Shown: positions 9,692-20,575, numbered from the stretch's first letter. The stretch is DNA of 64,000 bases from an uncultured Candidatus Poseidoniales archaeon (GCA_964563355.1 CAZLVU010000004.1:17733-81732); one strand, 5' to 3'. Numbers and translations are program-made. Notes: generated from the letters alone by a model not told the origin.

Positions 9692-11434
9692 ATGAGTAAG
9701 GAAAACGGATTGATTTACAGAATCTCAGGACCAGTTGTCACAGCCATCGGCATCTCGCCGAGAATGTACGAAGTGGTGAGAGTCGGCGATGAGGGATTGA
9801 TGGGAGAAGTGATTGAATTACACGGTGACCAGTCGGTCATTCAGGTATACGAGGAGACGTCAGGAATTAAACCCGGAGAGCCGGTGATTAGGACGGGGCA
9901 GACCCTATCCGTCAAGCTGGGTCCCGGCTTACTGACTCAAATCTATGACGGCATCCAGCGCCCTCTAGAGGACCTCGAGGCAACGATGGGCGTTTTCATC
10001 ACCAGAGGTGTTGATGCTGACGGACTTGACCTCTCTAAGAAGTGGGAGTTCAATGCTACAGTATCAGTGGGGGATGAGGTCAGCGGGGGCTCCGTGATTG
10101 GAGTGGTACAGGAGACCGAGACCGTCGAGCACAGGGTGATGGTGCCACCCGGAAACAGCGGCAAGGTTTCCAGCATCGACTCAGGCGAGTTCGACATCAC
10201 CACAACCGTTTGCAAGCTCGATGACGGTACCGAGATTGCCATGATGCAGGAGTGGCCGGTGCGAACTCCCCGACCCTTTGTCCAGAAGTACGCTCCCGAC
10301 GTCCCGCTAGTTACTGGGCAGAGAATTCTCGACTTCCTTTTCCCACTGGCCAAAGGTGGGACGGCTGGAATTCCCGGGCCCTTCGGGTCTGGCAAGACCG
10401 TGACGCAGCAGCAACTGGCCAAGTGGTCGGACGCGCAGATTGTCGTCTACATAGGATGCGGTGAGCGTGGCAACGAGATGACCGAGGTCCTAAGCGAGTT
10501 CCCCCACCTAATCGACCCAAACACGGGCAAGCCCCTGATGAACAGGACAACGATGATCGCAAACACATCAAACATGCCCGTGGCCGCCAGGGAGGCTTCC
10601 GTTTACACTGGCATCACCATCGCCGAATACTTCCGCGACATGGGTTACGACGTCGCACTAATGGCCGATTCGACTAGTAGATGGGCGGAGGCCATGCGCG
10701 AAATCTCTTCTCGGCTCGAGGAGATGCCCGGCGAGGAGGGTTATCCAGCCTATCTTTCAAGCAGGCTCGCTGAGTTCTACGAGAGAGCTGGTCGCGTGCA
10801 GACACTTTCAGGTGACGATGGCTCGGTCTCGGTCATCGGAGCTGTGTCCCCACCTGGTGGCGACATCTCCGAACCAGTCAGCCAAGGAACCCTTCGAATT
10901 GTCAAGGTTTTCTGGGGCTTGGATGCGGGTTTAGCTCGCCAACGCCACTTCCCTGCCATCAATTGGCTCAACTCGTACAGCCTGTATCCCCAAGCACTGG
11001 ATCAGTGGTACCGCGACAACATCGCTAGCGACTATCCAGAGGTGCGGACAAAAATCAGCAGCCTGTTGCAGGTTGAAGCGGAGCTCCAGGAGATCGTGCA
11101 ATTGGTCGGATCTGATGCGCTGCCCATCGACCAGCAGCTTACTCTGGAGGTAGCCCGGATGATTCGAGAATTCTTCTTGCAGCAAAACGCCTTCCATGAC
11201 GTCGACACATTCAGCACCCTGAACCTCCAGTACACTATGGCCAAAGCCATACTGGCCTTCCAAGAGGAGTCTGAGAAGGCCATTGCCGGTGGTGCCGGTC
11301 TAGAGGACGTAGTCAACGTTCCCGCGAGGACTGACCTGATGCGAGGGCGTTTCGAGCAAGGCTACACTGAGAGGATCGGTGAACTACTCGGAGAAATGTC
11401 GAAACAGATTGCCGGTACAATGGAGGACAACTAG
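9692..11434 (+). CDS. atpA: A-type ATP synthase catalytic subunit A
   Basis: Walker [10 protein letters not shown] and the non-homologous insert region typical of A/V-type A subunits. Length 580 aa. Confidence 0.95.
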   Translation: MSKENGLIYRISGPVVTAIGISPRMYEVVRVGDEGLMGEVIELHGDQSVIQVYEETSGIKPGEPVIRTGQTLSVKLGPGLLTQIYDGIQRPLEDLEATMGVFITRGVDADGLDLSKKWEFNATVSVGDEVSGGSVIGVVQETETVEHRVMVPPGNSGKVSSIDSGEFDITTTVCKLDDGTEIAMMQEWPVRTPRPFVQKYAPDVPLVTGQRILDFLFPLAKGGTAGIPGPFGSGKTVTQQQLAKWSDAQIVVYIGCGERGNEMTEVLSEFPHLIDPNTGKPLMNRTTMIANTSNMPVAAREASVYTGITIAEYFRDMGYDVALMADSTSRWAEAMREISSRLEEMPGEEGYPAYLSSRLAEFYERAGRVQTLSGDDGSVSVIGAVSPPGGDISEPVSQGTLRIVKVFWGLDAGLARQRHFPAINWLNSYSLYPQALDQWYRDNIASDYPEVRTKISSLLQVEAELQEIVQLVGSDALPIDQQLTLEVARMIREFFLQQNAFHDVDTFSTLNLQYTMAKAILAFQEESEKAIAGGAGLEDVVNVPARTDLMRGRFEQGYTERIGELLGEMSKQIAGTMEDN

Positions 11435-11446
11435 GGGGTGCGATGA

Positions 11447-12832
11447 ATGAGCGGAAAGGAATACAGGACAATAACAGACGTAAAGGGGCCGTTGGTCTTC
11501 CTCGAGAAGACTGAGCCCGTGGCCTTCGGTGAAATCGTGCAATTGCGACTATCTGATGGCTCAATGAAGAACGGACAGGTTCTAGATACCAGTGACGACC
11601 AAGTCATCGTCCAAGTCTTTGAGGGAACTGCTTCTGTGGACAAGCAAACCGGGGTCAAGTTCCTCGGAGACGTCTTCAGGCTACCGGTTAGCAAAGGACT
11701 GATTGGCCGCATCCTAGACGGAGCTGGTAAGCCAAGGGACGGTGGTCCGGAGATTGTGGCCGAGGACATGGCCGATATCATCGGTGCCGCTATCAACCCG
11801 TTCAGCCGCGAGAGCCCGGAGGAGTTCATTCAGACAGGGATTTCAGCAATTGACGCCTGCACAACTCTCGTTCGCGGGCAGAAGCTGCCGATCTTCTCTG
11901 CTTCGGGCCTACCTCACAATGACATCGCCCTTCAAATCGCACGCCAAGCCAAGCTTGTAGGGAGCGATGACGACTTCGTGGTTGTCTTCTGTGCAATGGG
12001 AATAACTGCTGAGGAGTACAACTTCTTCGTCCATGACCTCGAGCGCACGGGCGCACTGGAAAACGCGGTTCTGTTCGTCAATCTAGCTGATGACCCAGCT
12101 GTCGAGAGGCTAATCACTCCAAGATTGGCGCTGACTGCTGCGGAATACCTTGCTTTCGAGCATGACTACCACGTTCTGGTCATCTATACTGACATGACCA
12201 ATTACTGCGAGTCACTCAGGCAGATAGGTGCCGCCCGTGAAGAGGTACCGGGAAGACGTGGTTACCCCGGATACATGTACACCGACCTAGCAATGCTCTA
12301 TGAGCGCGCTGGCATAGTGAAAGGGAAGAAAGGAAGCATCACGCAATTCCCCATCCTTACCATGCCCGGTGACGACATAACCCACCCAATTCCTGACCTC
12401 TCGGGCTACATCACTGAGGGTCAAATAGTAATCTCGCGCGAGCTGCATCAAAAGGGGATATACCCGCCCATCAACGTCCTTCCGTCGCTATCACGACTGA
12501 TGAACGCGGGCATTGGCGAGGGCAAGACCAGGGAGGATCACAAGTCTGTCTCCGACCAGCTTTACGCCGCCTACGCACAGGGTCGCGAGCTCCGTGGGCT
12601 TGTTGCCATCGTTGGCGAGGACGCCCTGAACGAACGTGACCTGCAGCTGCTGAAGTTCGCTGACGTCTTCGAGGACCAGTTCCTGAGACAGAGCCGTGAC
12701 GACGATCGCTCTATCGACGAGGGAACGCTTGATCTCGCATGGAGCCTCCTGACGAACATCGACACGAAGTACCTCGTAAGGCTCGATCAGAAATGGATCG
12801 ACAAGTATCACCCCACCGAGAAGAAGTCATGA
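11447..12832 (+). CDS. atpB: A-type ATP synthase subunit B
   Basis: 461 aa. Degenerate P-loop region and the strongly conserved A/V-type B-subunit segments, for example [17 protein letters not shown]. Confidence 0.95.
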   Translation: MSGKEYRTITDVKGPLVFLEKTEPVAFGEIVQLRLSDGSMKNGQVLDTSDDQVIVQVFEGTASVDKQTGVKFLGDVFRLPVSKGLIGRILDGAGKPRDGGPEIVAEDMADIIGAAINPFSRESPEEFIQTGISAIDACTTLVRGQKLPIFSASGLPHNDIALQIARQAKLVGSDDDFVVVFCAMGITAEEYNFFVHDLERTGALENAVLFVNLADDPAVERLITPRLALTAAEYLAFEHDYHVLVIYTDMTNYCESLRQIGAAREEVPGRRGYPGYMYTDLAMLYERAGIVKGKKGSITQFPILTMPGDDITHPIPDLSGYITEGQIVISRELHQKGIYPPINVLPSLSRLMNAGIGEGKTREDHKSVSDQLYAAYAQGRELRGLVAIVGEDALNERDLQLLKFADVFEDQFLRQSRDDDRSIDEGTLDLAWSLLTNIDTKYLVRLDQKWIDKYHPTEKKS

Positions 12833-12856
12833 TCAGGAGTTAGTCACTGAGGAGGT

Positions 12857-13480
12857 ATGGGCATGGCGCTTGACATCAAACCCACCCGTAGCGAGCTGAT
12901 TAACCTCAAGAGGCGGATCAAGCAGACCCAGAATGGCTACAACCTACTCAAGATGAAGCGTGATGGCCTCTTCCACGAGTTCAGGGCTCTGCTGTCCGAG
13001 ATGATCGCGGCCCGAGAGGAACTCGTTGGAACCTACAGGGAAGCGGTGCAGTCAATCAGCCTAGCCAGTTCGATCGAGGGTGGACTAGCGGTAAAGAGCG
13101 CGGCAATTGCGATCTCGCGGCATCCTGAGGTCACTGTTACTCGACGCAACATAATGGGAGTAGTAGTTCCGAGCGTGGTAGGCACGAACCTAACCACCTC
13201 AATTGACGATCGTGGAACTGGAATGATCGGGGGTTCAGCCTACATCGACGAGGCTTCTGATGCATACTCCAAGCTAATCGAGAAGGTTGTGAAGGCTGCC
13301 GAGATGGAGGCCACTCTGAAGAGGCTGCTCGTCGAGATTGAAGCTACCAAGCGAAGAGTCAACGCACTAGAATACGTTGTTATTCCACAAATGGAGGAAG
13401 CGCGAAACTTCATCCAGCTCCGTTTAGAAGAGATGGAGCGCGAGGAGACCTTCAGACTGAAGAGATTCAAGAACAAATGA
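12857..13480 (+). CDS. atpD: A-type ATP synthase subunit D
   Basis: N-terminus MALDIKPTRSELINLKRRIKQTQNGYNLLKMKRDGL. Length 207 aa. Confidence 0.9.
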   Translation: MGMALDIKPTRSELINLKRRIKQTQNGYNLLKMKRDGLFHEFRALLSEMIAAREELVGTYREAVQSISLASSIEGGLAVKSAAIAISRHPEVTVTRRNIMGVVVPSVVGTNLTTSIDDRGTGMIGGSAYIDEASDAYSKLIEKVVKAAEMEATLKRLLVEIEATKRRVNALEYVVIPQMEEARNFIQLRLEEMEREETFRLKRFKNK

Positions 13481-13551
13481 GGATTTGCGGTCCTCGACTT
13501 TAGAGCGAGGGGTCAAATCTGACTTCCCTCAGGGACTGCTTAGGTGATTGC

Positions 13552-15963
13552 GTGAGTGAGTCTGAATCCATGGTCCTCGACACCGAGACATGGGGTGGCC
13601 AGGAATTCTTCGAGGTCATTGCCTCTAGGTACTTTGAGCTTGGAAACGAGGGGCCATTACCAACTTCTTGGGAAGCCCGAGGGATTGGTGGTGCGAGCGC
13701 CAGCGACCAGTTGGTCCAGCTGAACGATCACCTTGGCCCGCTGGGAATGATTGGGGCGCTTGATCGTAGCAATCCCCCCGTGCTTTCAATTGCAGGTTAT
13801 CCTGGAGGGCAGTTCGTACTGGGGAACTGGCATCAGTCGATCGTTTGGATTCTGATGGCCGGATTCATGACCATCGTAGGTGCAGAATGGGTTGGAAGGT
13901 ATGTTTCCGATACGGGTCCATTCGGGTTTGGGGTTTATGGTCAATCAATTGTTTTCTTTACCGCTCCCATAGTAATCACTCTACTTTCCGCCAGTTTTCT
14001 CAGAATCCTTGTTTCCCGAAGATTTGGGGTGGAAACCGGGCACATTATGCCCATTGTCTTCCCATTTGCAAATGCGATATGGCCGTTTGGGGTCATCGGA
14101 GCCGTTAGTCAGCGTCGCACTGATATGGTGCCCATCCCAAATCGAAGGGCTCTAGGGCTGATTGAGGTCGTAGCCCCACTGACACTATTCCTAACGGGGA
14201 CGGCTTTGACGATCATTGGGGTTAGTATGACGTCCAGCGTTCCACCGGCCCTGGAAGAGGGGCCTGTGGTCTTCCAAAGCAATCTGGTGACTCGGTTGCT
14301 TGCGGACTCATGGCTTGGCGATGAGTACGCCATCCGCCTACAGTGGCTTCACCCAACGGGGATAGCGGGAATTGGGTTGTCGGCCGTCGGCTGGATACTG
14401 TTGCTTCCGGTTCCTGGATTCCCCGGTGACCGCGCCCTGCATTCCATCGTGGGGCCTTCGGAGATGCGAGAGGGGGGGATTCAGACGCCCATATTCATAG
14501 CGATGCTGGGCGTTCTGGTTTTCGTGCTTGCAACTTCTGAATACTCGGCCTGGATTTTCCTCGCAGTAGTAGGGGCTTGGCAGAGATTCAGCCCTGAGAA
14601 CATCCCCCACCCCCTTGTGCTGGACGAGCATGCAGGGTTGAATGAGGAATTCAGGAGGGGGCTGATTTCCATGGTGCTGATAATTCTGATTGCTGGTTTT
14701 CCCGGAGCCATGCCATCTAGCGAATTGGAAAATTTCGACGCTGGTCTGTCCACTGGGGCATGGCCGGTGGAAATGCGTGTTTCCCCGGGAGAGGAGGCTG
14801 AGCTCAAACTTGTCCTGGAGCCTGAGGGGGTTTTGCCTGTGAGCGGTTGGATTCAGGTGAGGGTTGAAGGTTCGTTTGCCGACCAATGGGATCTGTCAGC
14901 AGAATGTATCGACTCATCGGGAATTTGCAGGTTCTCCGGAGTTATACAAGCCGACAAAGGGGAAGTTACGATCACAATAACCCCTCCACAGACGCTATTC
15001 GTTCCTCATGCGCTGAGAATCCTAATTGACGTGCCCGGAAACCAGAAGGAGCACGTGATCGAACTGCTTAACGATAGCTCATCGGGACCGATGCAGCCGT
15101 TCTGGGAGTTGACCGATGATGGGGAGAGACCGGAAATTTGCATCACTGTGAATATAGTCGGGGAAGTCGGGTCATTGAACGCCAGTGACCCGTACTGGCA
15201 ATTTGCTAATGGCTCTGAATTGGATTTGGGAGAGAGTCAAGTTTGCATGATTGGGCACGAGGGCGCTATCCAATCGTTGACCCGTGTTGATGCCCAGAAT
15301 AGGAAAATCGGACCCGAGGTGTCCTTCCACCGGGAGAATCATACCAGTGTCACATGGAACATGGCAATCGAGGGCTCGGAGCCGAAAGTACAGGTTTTCG
15401 AGGATCAGTGGTTACTTCCGAGTTGGTTCGCCTCGGAGACGGGGGTTGTGATCAATCATGCCGACAGTGGCGAGCCATTCTGCCCCTCTAGCGAAACGGT
15501 GGCTGAAATCGACACTAGCTCGAACTGGACTCGGGTTATGGAAGACCACGTACCAATCAGGATAATCGGGAACCTGCAAGGAAACGGCTCAATGGGGCTG
15601 GGGGCTACTGGTTGGATGGCAGTTTGTTCGGACGACGGGGCTATGTCTCCCTACAGGATCGTGGAGGGTGTTGACGTTTTGGTCCACCCAGGAGCGGTCG
15701 ACGAGGGCATTGATCTAACCGAGTTCGTCGTTCATAACAGAGGTGAACAGCGCCTAACTGTAGGAGTTGAGTGGCACGGCGATTCCCCACAGAGCGGAAT
15801 CTGGAACGTGTCAATACCGAGCCACATTGAACCTGGAGCGAGCGCGGGCATGGCAGCAATTCCAATGGGGGAGCTGGCTCTGGCCAGATCGGTTTGGATT
15901 TCTGCTGAGGCCTCGGGGATTACCTTGCACCTATCAGCGAGATGCCCACTGTCGGGGTGCTAA
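13552..15963 (+). CDS. Large membrane protein (803 aa): N-terminal polytopic domain with an S2P/M50-like LLLPVPGFPGD segment but no HExxH, plus a large extracytoplasmic C-terminal domain
   Basis: Multiple hydrophobic helices in the first 330 aa or so. The motif LLLPVPGFPGDRAL resembles the NxxPxxxxDG motif of site-2 proteases. No HExxH was found. Confidence 0.5.
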   Translation: MSESESMVLDTETWGGQEFFEVIASRYFELGNEGPLPTSWEARGIGGASASDQLVQLNDHLGPLGMIGALDRSNPPVLSIAGYPGGQFVLGNWHQSIVWILMAGFMTIVGAEWVGRYVSDTGPFGFGVYGQSIVFFTAPIVITLLSASFLRILVSRRFGVETGHIMPIVFPFANAIWPFGVIGAVSQRRTDMVPIPNRRALGLIEVVAPLTLFLTGTALTIIGVSMTSSVPPALEEGPVVFQSNLVTRLLADSWLGDEYAIRLQWLHPTGIAGIGLSAVGWILLLPVPGFPGDRALHSIVGPSEMREGGIQTPIFIAMLGVLVFVLATSEYSAWIFLAVVGAWQRFSPENIPHPLVLDEHAGLNEEFRRGLISMVLIILIAGFPGAMPSSELENFDAGLSTGAWPVEMRVSPGEEAELKLVLEPEGVLPVSGWIQVRVEGSFADQWDLSAECIDSSGICRFSGVIQADKGEVTITITPPQTLFVPHALRILIDVPGNQKEHVIELLNDSSSGPMQPFWELTDDGERPEICITVNIVGEVGSLNASDPYWQFANGSELDLGESQVCMIGHEGAIQSLTRVDAQNRKIGPEVSFHRENHTSVTWNMAIEGSEPKVQVFEDQWLLPSWFASETGVVINHADSGEPFCPSSETVAEIDTSSNWTRVMEDHVPIRIIGNLQGNGSMGLGATGWMAVCSDDGAMSPYRIVEGVDVLVHPGAVDEGIDLTEFVVHNRGEQRLTVGVEWHGDSPQSGIWNVSIPSHIEPGASAGMAAIPMGELALARSVWISAEASGITLHLSARCPLSGC

Positions 15964-15965
15964 AG

Positions 15966-16916
15966 ATGCGCATTGCCATCCTCGGGGTTGGATCTCTGGG
16001 AGGGGTACTCGTAGGTTCTCTTTCAGACACTGAAGCCGAATTGTTGTGCGTATCCAGAGGAGAGACGGCAGCTTCCTTGGAACTTGGGCTGGTTGTCCAC
16101 TCACCCGAGGGGGCGATAGAGATGGTTCCTTCGGACCGCTACGAAGTCGTTGACAGCGAAGTGGGCCCGATTTCAAACTCCCACATGGGATCGTGTGATG
16201 TGGCAATAATCACCGGGAAGGCGTCATCGACCCCGGTTCTTGCGTCAATTGCGGAGGAGTTACTGGCTCCCGGGGGAATGGGCATGAGCATCCAGAACGG
16301 CTTGGGGCATGCCGAAGCGTTATCGTCCCGGATAGGGGCTCACCGAGTTCTGGGGGGGTCGACCACGCACTCCGCATGGAGGGACGGGGGCGGGGTCGTT
16401 CACTGGTCAGGAAGAGGGTCGGTGAGCCTGGGAAATCATGATGGATCCGACCCTGGCGAAGTTGCCTCGAATCTTCTATCCGCTCTGGGGGAGGCTGGAC
16501 TCAATCCAAAATGGTCATCAGACATTGAGAGTGAGATATGGAGGAAGCTGCTGATAAATGTGGCAATTAACCCAGTGTGCGCTATTGCTGGAGTGAGAAA
16601 CGGAGCATTGGCTGAAGTCCCTGAGCTGTGGGAGCAGTCGATAGGAGCTATGAGGGAGGCTGAGACAGTAGCCAAAGCGGCAGGAATTAATCTTGGAGAG
16701 ATTGACCCGGAAGAGTTTCTTCGAAAGGTTGTGTTGGCCACGGCAGAAAATCGCGTCTCGATGCTGCAGGACCTTATGGCTGGAAGGAGGACTGAAATCG
16801 ATGTTCTTTGCGGTGCAGTGGTCAGCAGGGGCCGGGAGCTGAGGATTCCCACGCCGCGAAACGAGATGCTGTTAGCCCTGGTAAGAGGGATTGAGATGTC
16901 GCAGCACTACGACTAG
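15966..16916 (+). CDS. 2-dehydropantoate 2-reductase family (ApbA/PanE-like ketopantoate reductase)
   Basis: N-terminal Rossmann fold MRIAILGVGSLGGVLVG and a C-terminal ApbA_C-like helical domain. The start was trimmed to the ATG immediately after the upstream stop. Confidence 0.7.
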   Translation: MRIAILGVGSLGGVLVGSLSDTEAELLCVSRGETAASLELGLVVHSPEGAIEMVPSDRYEVVDSEVGPISNSHMGSCDVAIITGKASSTPVLASIAEELLAPGGMGMSIQNGLGHAEALSSRIGAHRVLGGSTTHSAWRDGGGVVHWSGRGSVSLGNHDGSDPGEVASNLLSALGEAGLNPKWSSDIESEIWRKLLINVAINPVCAIAGVRNGALAEVPELWEQSIGAMREAETVAKAAGINLGEIDPEEFLRKVVLATAENRVSMLQDLMAGRRTEIDVLCGAVVSRGRELRIPTPRNEMLLALVRGIEMSQHYD

Positions 16917-16953
16917 GGGGTCGTCGTGTCTTGGGACAGTGCGGAACCTTCCA

Positions 16954-17847
16954 TCAACGTTGGCAGGTTGGGCAGTAGAATGTCGATCTGTTCGACTGCA
17001 CGATTCTTCTCACGGTGCCGGAGCAACCCCCATTGAGGCAAGGTTCGCCTTCCCTGCCGTAAACGAGGAAGCTATGAGAGAAGTAGCCCAACGCCTGATC
17101 GCCATCTACTCCTCGGAAATCCTGTAATGTTGAGCCTCCGGCGTCAATGGCCTCGGTGATGACATCGTGAGTGGCGCCCGTAATCCTATCGATTCGTGAC
17201 GGCACGCCAGATTTCCCTGCAACGCTGGCTGCTGATCTCTTTGGCGATGTTCCTGCTCGGTGAAGGATCTCGCAGACGTAGATATTGCCAAGGCCCGCGA
17301 CCGTTCTTTGATCGAGCAGAGCTGATTTGATCGGGGTGTTTCGGTTCCGTAGTCTCTCAGCGAGATCGTGTGGGGTCAGATTGTCGGGTGTGGGTTCTGG
17401 CCCTATGTTTGCCAATAGCCTGTGACTGTTCTGTTCGTGCGTGGGGAAGCAATCCATGATCCCAAATCTTCGATGGTCGGAGAAGACCGCCTTGCTACCT
17501 TGATCCAGATGAACGACTACCCAATCATGTGGCCCGTCACCACTGCCAACAGATGCGCCGTTTGCGAATCTGCCTGGCCTGCTCTCGATGCCATCCCCCA
17601 AGAGGGTCCACCTCCCACTCATGCCCAAATGGCAAAGCCAAGTCTGGCCTCCCTCCAGCCTGATTAACAGGTACTTAGCCCTGCGATCGACGCCCTCCAC
17701 CACTCTGCCTGACAGGCATTGAGCAAAATTGGGGGGGAATGGAAACCGAAGGCCGGATCTACGAAGTTCCACCTCGATGATTTCATGGCCAACTAGGTGT
17801 CGCTCAAGTCCACGACGGACTGTCTCTACCTCTGGCAACTCGGGCAC
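16954..17847 (-). CDS. Formamidopyrimidine-DNA glycosylase / endonuclease VIII family (Fpg/Nei)
   Basis: Hallmark N-terminus PELPEVETVRRGLERHLVGH. The H2TH region reads LGNIYVCEILHRAGTSPKRSAASV and the C-terminal zinc finger is CxxC...CPTCQR. The start is inferred at GTG 17847-17845, so that Pro is residue 2 as the catalytic N-terminal nucleophile requires. The ORF-track ATG at 17964 would add 40 residues. Confidence 0.8.
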   Translation of the reverse strand: MPELPEVETVRRGLERHLVGHEIIEVELRRSGLRFPFPPNFAQCLSGRVVEGVDRRAKYLLIRLEGGQTWLCHLGMSGRWTLLGDGIESRPGRFANGASVGSGDGPHDWVVVHLDQGSKAVFSDHRRFGIMDCFPTHEQNSHRLLANIGPEPTPDNLTPHDLAERLRNRNTPIKSALLDQRTVAGLGNIYVCEILHRAGTSPKRSAASVAGKSGVPSRIDRITGATHDVITEAIDAGGSTLQDFRGVDGDQALGYFSHSFLVYGREGEPCLNGGCSGTVRRIVQSNRSTFYCPTCQR

Positions 17848-17935
17848 AGGTCCGAGAATGTGTGCATGGTCATTACTCTTCGTAAGAGTAAAAGAAGACG
17901 ATACAATTAATCGACAAGGGCCTATCTGCGAGCGC

Positions 17936-18364
17936 ATGAAAGATGAGCTGCCTGACTGGGTCACCTCGGAAACTGATGAGGGAGGGGATGGCCCTCCCGA
18001 AACAGTCGTGGTTTTCGAGGGGAGCCCGAGCGAGGGTGACGAGGCACCTGGGCCGTCCGAACAAATCTACGTTCAGGCGGGGGGGCCATACAGCGCGCCG
18101 GGGATTATGCCCGCCACAAACGCTACTGTGGCTCTGGTTTTGTCCATACTTGGTGTGCTTTTGTGCTGCCTGTTGCTTCCAGTTAGCCTAGTTCTTGCCA
18201 ATGGCGCCCTATCCATAACAAACCAGAACCAGGGGCACCCTGACCAAGGAGTGGCTAAAGCGGCACAGATTGTTTCGTGGGTAGGCATTGGGATTTACGC
18301 GGTGGTATTGTTAATCTACGGTGGGATAATTATGGCATTGATCCTAGGTGGGTCCGCTGTCTGA
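17936..18364 (+). CDS. Small membrane protein (two predicted TM helices, acidic N-terminus)
   Basis: MKDELPDWVTSETDEGG... is followed by two hydrophobic helices. The start was trimmed so it does not overlap the Fpg gene. Confidence 0.4.
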   Translation: MKDELPDWVTSETDEGGDGPPETVVVFEGSPSEGDEAPGPSEQIYVQAGGPYSAPGIMPATNATVALVLSILGVLLCCLLLPVSLVLANGALSITNQNQGHPDQGVAKAAQIVSWVGIGIYAVVLLIYGGIIMALILGGSAV

Positions 18365-19018
18365 CACGCACCTGAACAACACGTGCTGCTCCTCCAACCC
18401 AGTTAGGTCTATTCTCTCCAATATCTCCATTTCGGATGAGGCGATAATTCTCTGAGCCTTAGCAAATCGGGAGTTGTCGTCTCCCTCTGACGCCCGTTCG
18501 CTGGCTGCCTTCAGGCTCAGAAGCCCGACCCCTCCTGATTTCAAAAAAAATGATGCCATCCTTACGAAGGTCTCGGCTTGATCAGGGATGCTGAGATCCT
18601 GATGCAGCCAGTCTGCCTTCTTCCTAATGAACGGTAATACTTGTCCAGGCCATCGTGCATCTCCCAACACAGGGACAAGACCGCTCCTCCTCTCTGACAA
18701 TGCTGCCAAGTCCCTCATCATCCTCGGTGAGATTTCGACTGCAACCACCTGACCGCCGTGATGGTTGTCAGATCCACAGACCAAATCGTGGATATGGCTG
18801 ACTGTGCCGCCACTTGATGCACCCAGATAGAGGCAGGTGGAGCCGGGTTCTGGTATGATATCAGAGGGGTTGTCCTTCGTCCTAAGTATAGAAGCTGCAA
18901 CTTTGGATTTTGTGGGGTCCCACTTCCTCCACTCGATTCTGCCATCCCTCTTCCGTCGTTCCCCCCTGACGGAGACGCCCCTGACCGCGTTCCGGGTCCA
19001 TATGGACCTGCCCTCCAT
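18344..19018 (-). CDS. flpA: Fibrillarin-like rRNA/tRNA 2'-O-methyltransferase
   Basis: RIEWRKWDPTKSKVAA and CLYLGASSGGTVSHIHD match conserved fibrillarin segments. It is adjacent to Nop5. Confidence 0.85.
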   Translation of the reverse strand: MEGRSIWTRNAVRGVSVRGERRKRDGRIEWRKWDPTKSKVAASILRTKDNPSDIIPEPGSTCLYLGASSGGTVSHIHDLVCGSDNHHGGQVVAVEISPRMMRDLAALSERRSGLVPVLGDARWPGQVLPFIRKKADWLHQDLSIPDQAETFVRMASFFLKSGGVGLLSLKAASERASEGDDNSRFAKAQRIIASSEMEILERIDLTGLEEQHVLFRCVSDSGPT

Positions 19019-19061
19019 CCGGACACCCCAGCCGAGCGAGACTTGTTTGGATCGCAGTCAA

Positions 19062-20066
19062 TCACCGCCTCTTTGGCGGCCTGGGGAACTTTGCCTTTAT
19101 TGCCTCGACCTCGTTGTTGATCTGGTCTATCTCAGCCTTCCCCCAGGCTTTTCCACCGAAGTGGTCCACCCTTGCTGCGATGCTGGCTTTTCCGGCAATG
19201 AAACGTGCGATTTTTCCTCGAACCCAACGAGGGGATCTACTGACCTGTGGCATTGAGAAGAGGATTGCCCCGTGCTTGGGAGGGGGGGCTCCTCGTCTGT
19301 GGGCGGACATCGCGGCTTGCGCGCCCAGAACCTGCAATGACCCAGAGGGCATTCTGGCTAGCCTCTCCCTGCCTCCGGCCAAGACAACAAGTTTGGCAGA
19401 TCCCAGAGGACCCATTAGGGCGCTTAGAGAGGGGATGTGGGACTCAGCAATTTCCCGGATCGCTTCCTCGTGCTCATCGAGACTACGGGTCAACGACACT
19501 ACCAGGTGGGCATGATTCTGGAGGGCCTTCCACTCTGCGTCCGATGGTTTTTGGGAGGGGTCGGACACCCCTAGTAACTGGGCGGCCCCTGAGATATCAG
19601 ATGCCTCGGATATTGCTTTTGGGATCTCGTCCCTCTGGAGATCTAGGTCAGCTTCGGAAATGAACAGTCCTGACCATTCGACGCAACGTGCCTCGCTGGT
19701 AGTCCATGCGGATCTGAGTTCAATTGTTGCAGAAACTAGCATATCCAGACGACGATCTGGATTCTCGGCGGCATCAGCTACTCCCTTCCTGGCGAGGAAA
19801 TTGGATGCTTCATTCACGAGACGGTCCTCATCATCGTCACTTGGTGGCCAATCGGGGTCTGAAATCGAGCCGAGAGGGTCAAGAATTGCATCTGGAAACC
19901 GATCCATCAAGTCCCTGACCTCAGGCAAAATTCTTCCATTCTGCGTCATTGAGAGCCTGTTTGCTACGCTTGAGGCAGTCCTACGACCGTCCCAAACCAC
20001 CTCGTCTAAGATGTTGCCAACCTGATCGATTACCCGCGCCAGTCTCCAATCATAGTGAATTTTCAC
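19062..20066 (-). CDS. nop5: C/D box snoRNP protein Nop5 (Nop56/58 family)
   Basis: Nop domain segment GAPPPKHGAILFSMPQVSRSPRWVRGKIARFIAGKASIAARVD. Sits in the classical nop5-flpA gene pair. Confidence 0.8.
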   Translation of the reverse strand: MKIHYDWRLARVIDQVGNILDEVVWDGRRTASSVANRLSMTQNGRILPEVRDLMDRFPDAILDPLGSISDPDWPPSDDDEDRLVNEASNFLARKGVADAAENPDRRLDMLVSATIELRSAWTTSEARCVEWSGLFISEADLDLQRDEIPKAISEASDISGAAQLLGVSDPSQKPSDAEWKALQNHAHLVVSLTRSLDEHEEAIREIAESHIPSLSALMGPLGSAKLVVLAGGRERLARMPSGSLQVLGAQAAMSAHRRGAPPPKHGAILFSMPQVSRSPRWVRGKIARFIAGKASIAARVDHFGGKAWGKAEIDQINNEVEAIKAKFPRPPKRR

Positions 20067-20194
20067 ACCATGTCCAAGGAGTGTTGTCGCTTGAACGGTA
20101 CGGAAGTGCAGGAAATTACTGAATCGAATAGTTGAATAGTCGGTTTGCTCACGATGACTCGGTTCGCGTTAATGCGATTCTAGCTAGTGAGAGC

Positions 20195-20575
20195 ATGTTC
20201 TGTCCTGAGTGTGGTGCATTGTCATACCCTGACGGGAGGGGCTGGATCAAGTGTCCCGATTACAAATGCGGATACGAGGGCCCACTTTCTGGAACGGACG
20301 GAAGAGGTTCTGAGTTTACCGACCCAATGACTGGCGAGACCATAGACCTCTCAAAAGCCATGGCAACGACCGGTTCAAAATCCTTGAAACACCTAACTGA
20401 GGTGGTTGAAGAGGATGGGCCTAGGGGGACGTTGAGAGTCGGTGACTACCTTTGCCCGAAGTGTGATGGTGACCGAGCCTTTGTCGAGCTGCGTCAGACT
20501 AGGGCCTCGGATGAACCCGAGACCAAGATTTGCACGTGTGAAACGTGCGGCCAAAGGTGGCGGGAGTACCAATAG
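20195..20575 (+). CDS. tfs: Transcription factor S (TFS) / RNA polymerase subunit M-like
   Basis: N-terminal zinc ribbon MFCPECGAL...C..YKC. The C-terminal TFIIS-type ribbon reads CPKCDGDRAFVELRQTRASDEPETKICTCETCGQRW. Confidence 0.75.
   Translation: MFCPECGALSYPDGRGWIKCPDYKCGYEGPLSGTDGRGSEFTDPMTGETIDLSKAMATTGSKSLKHLTEVVEEDGPRGTLRVGDYLCPKCDGDRAFVELRQTRASDEPETKICTCETCGQRWREYQ

Noticed and set aside
14338-14886. Numerous 60-180-aa ORFs antisense to or overlapping confident genes. Examples are 14338..14886, 10311..10571, 53490..53822, 28127..28465, 44367..44741, 63647..63946, 60..419 and 70..351.
   Set aside because: They sit entirely inside strongly supported CDSs on the opposite strand or another frame. 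Their composition is Pro/Arg/Ser-rich, as GC-rich antisense frames typically are.
18543-18550. A8 homopolymer inside the fibrillarin CDS, encoding FF-L on the minus strand.
   Set aside because: The frame is intact as printed. It is a potential slippage hotspot only.
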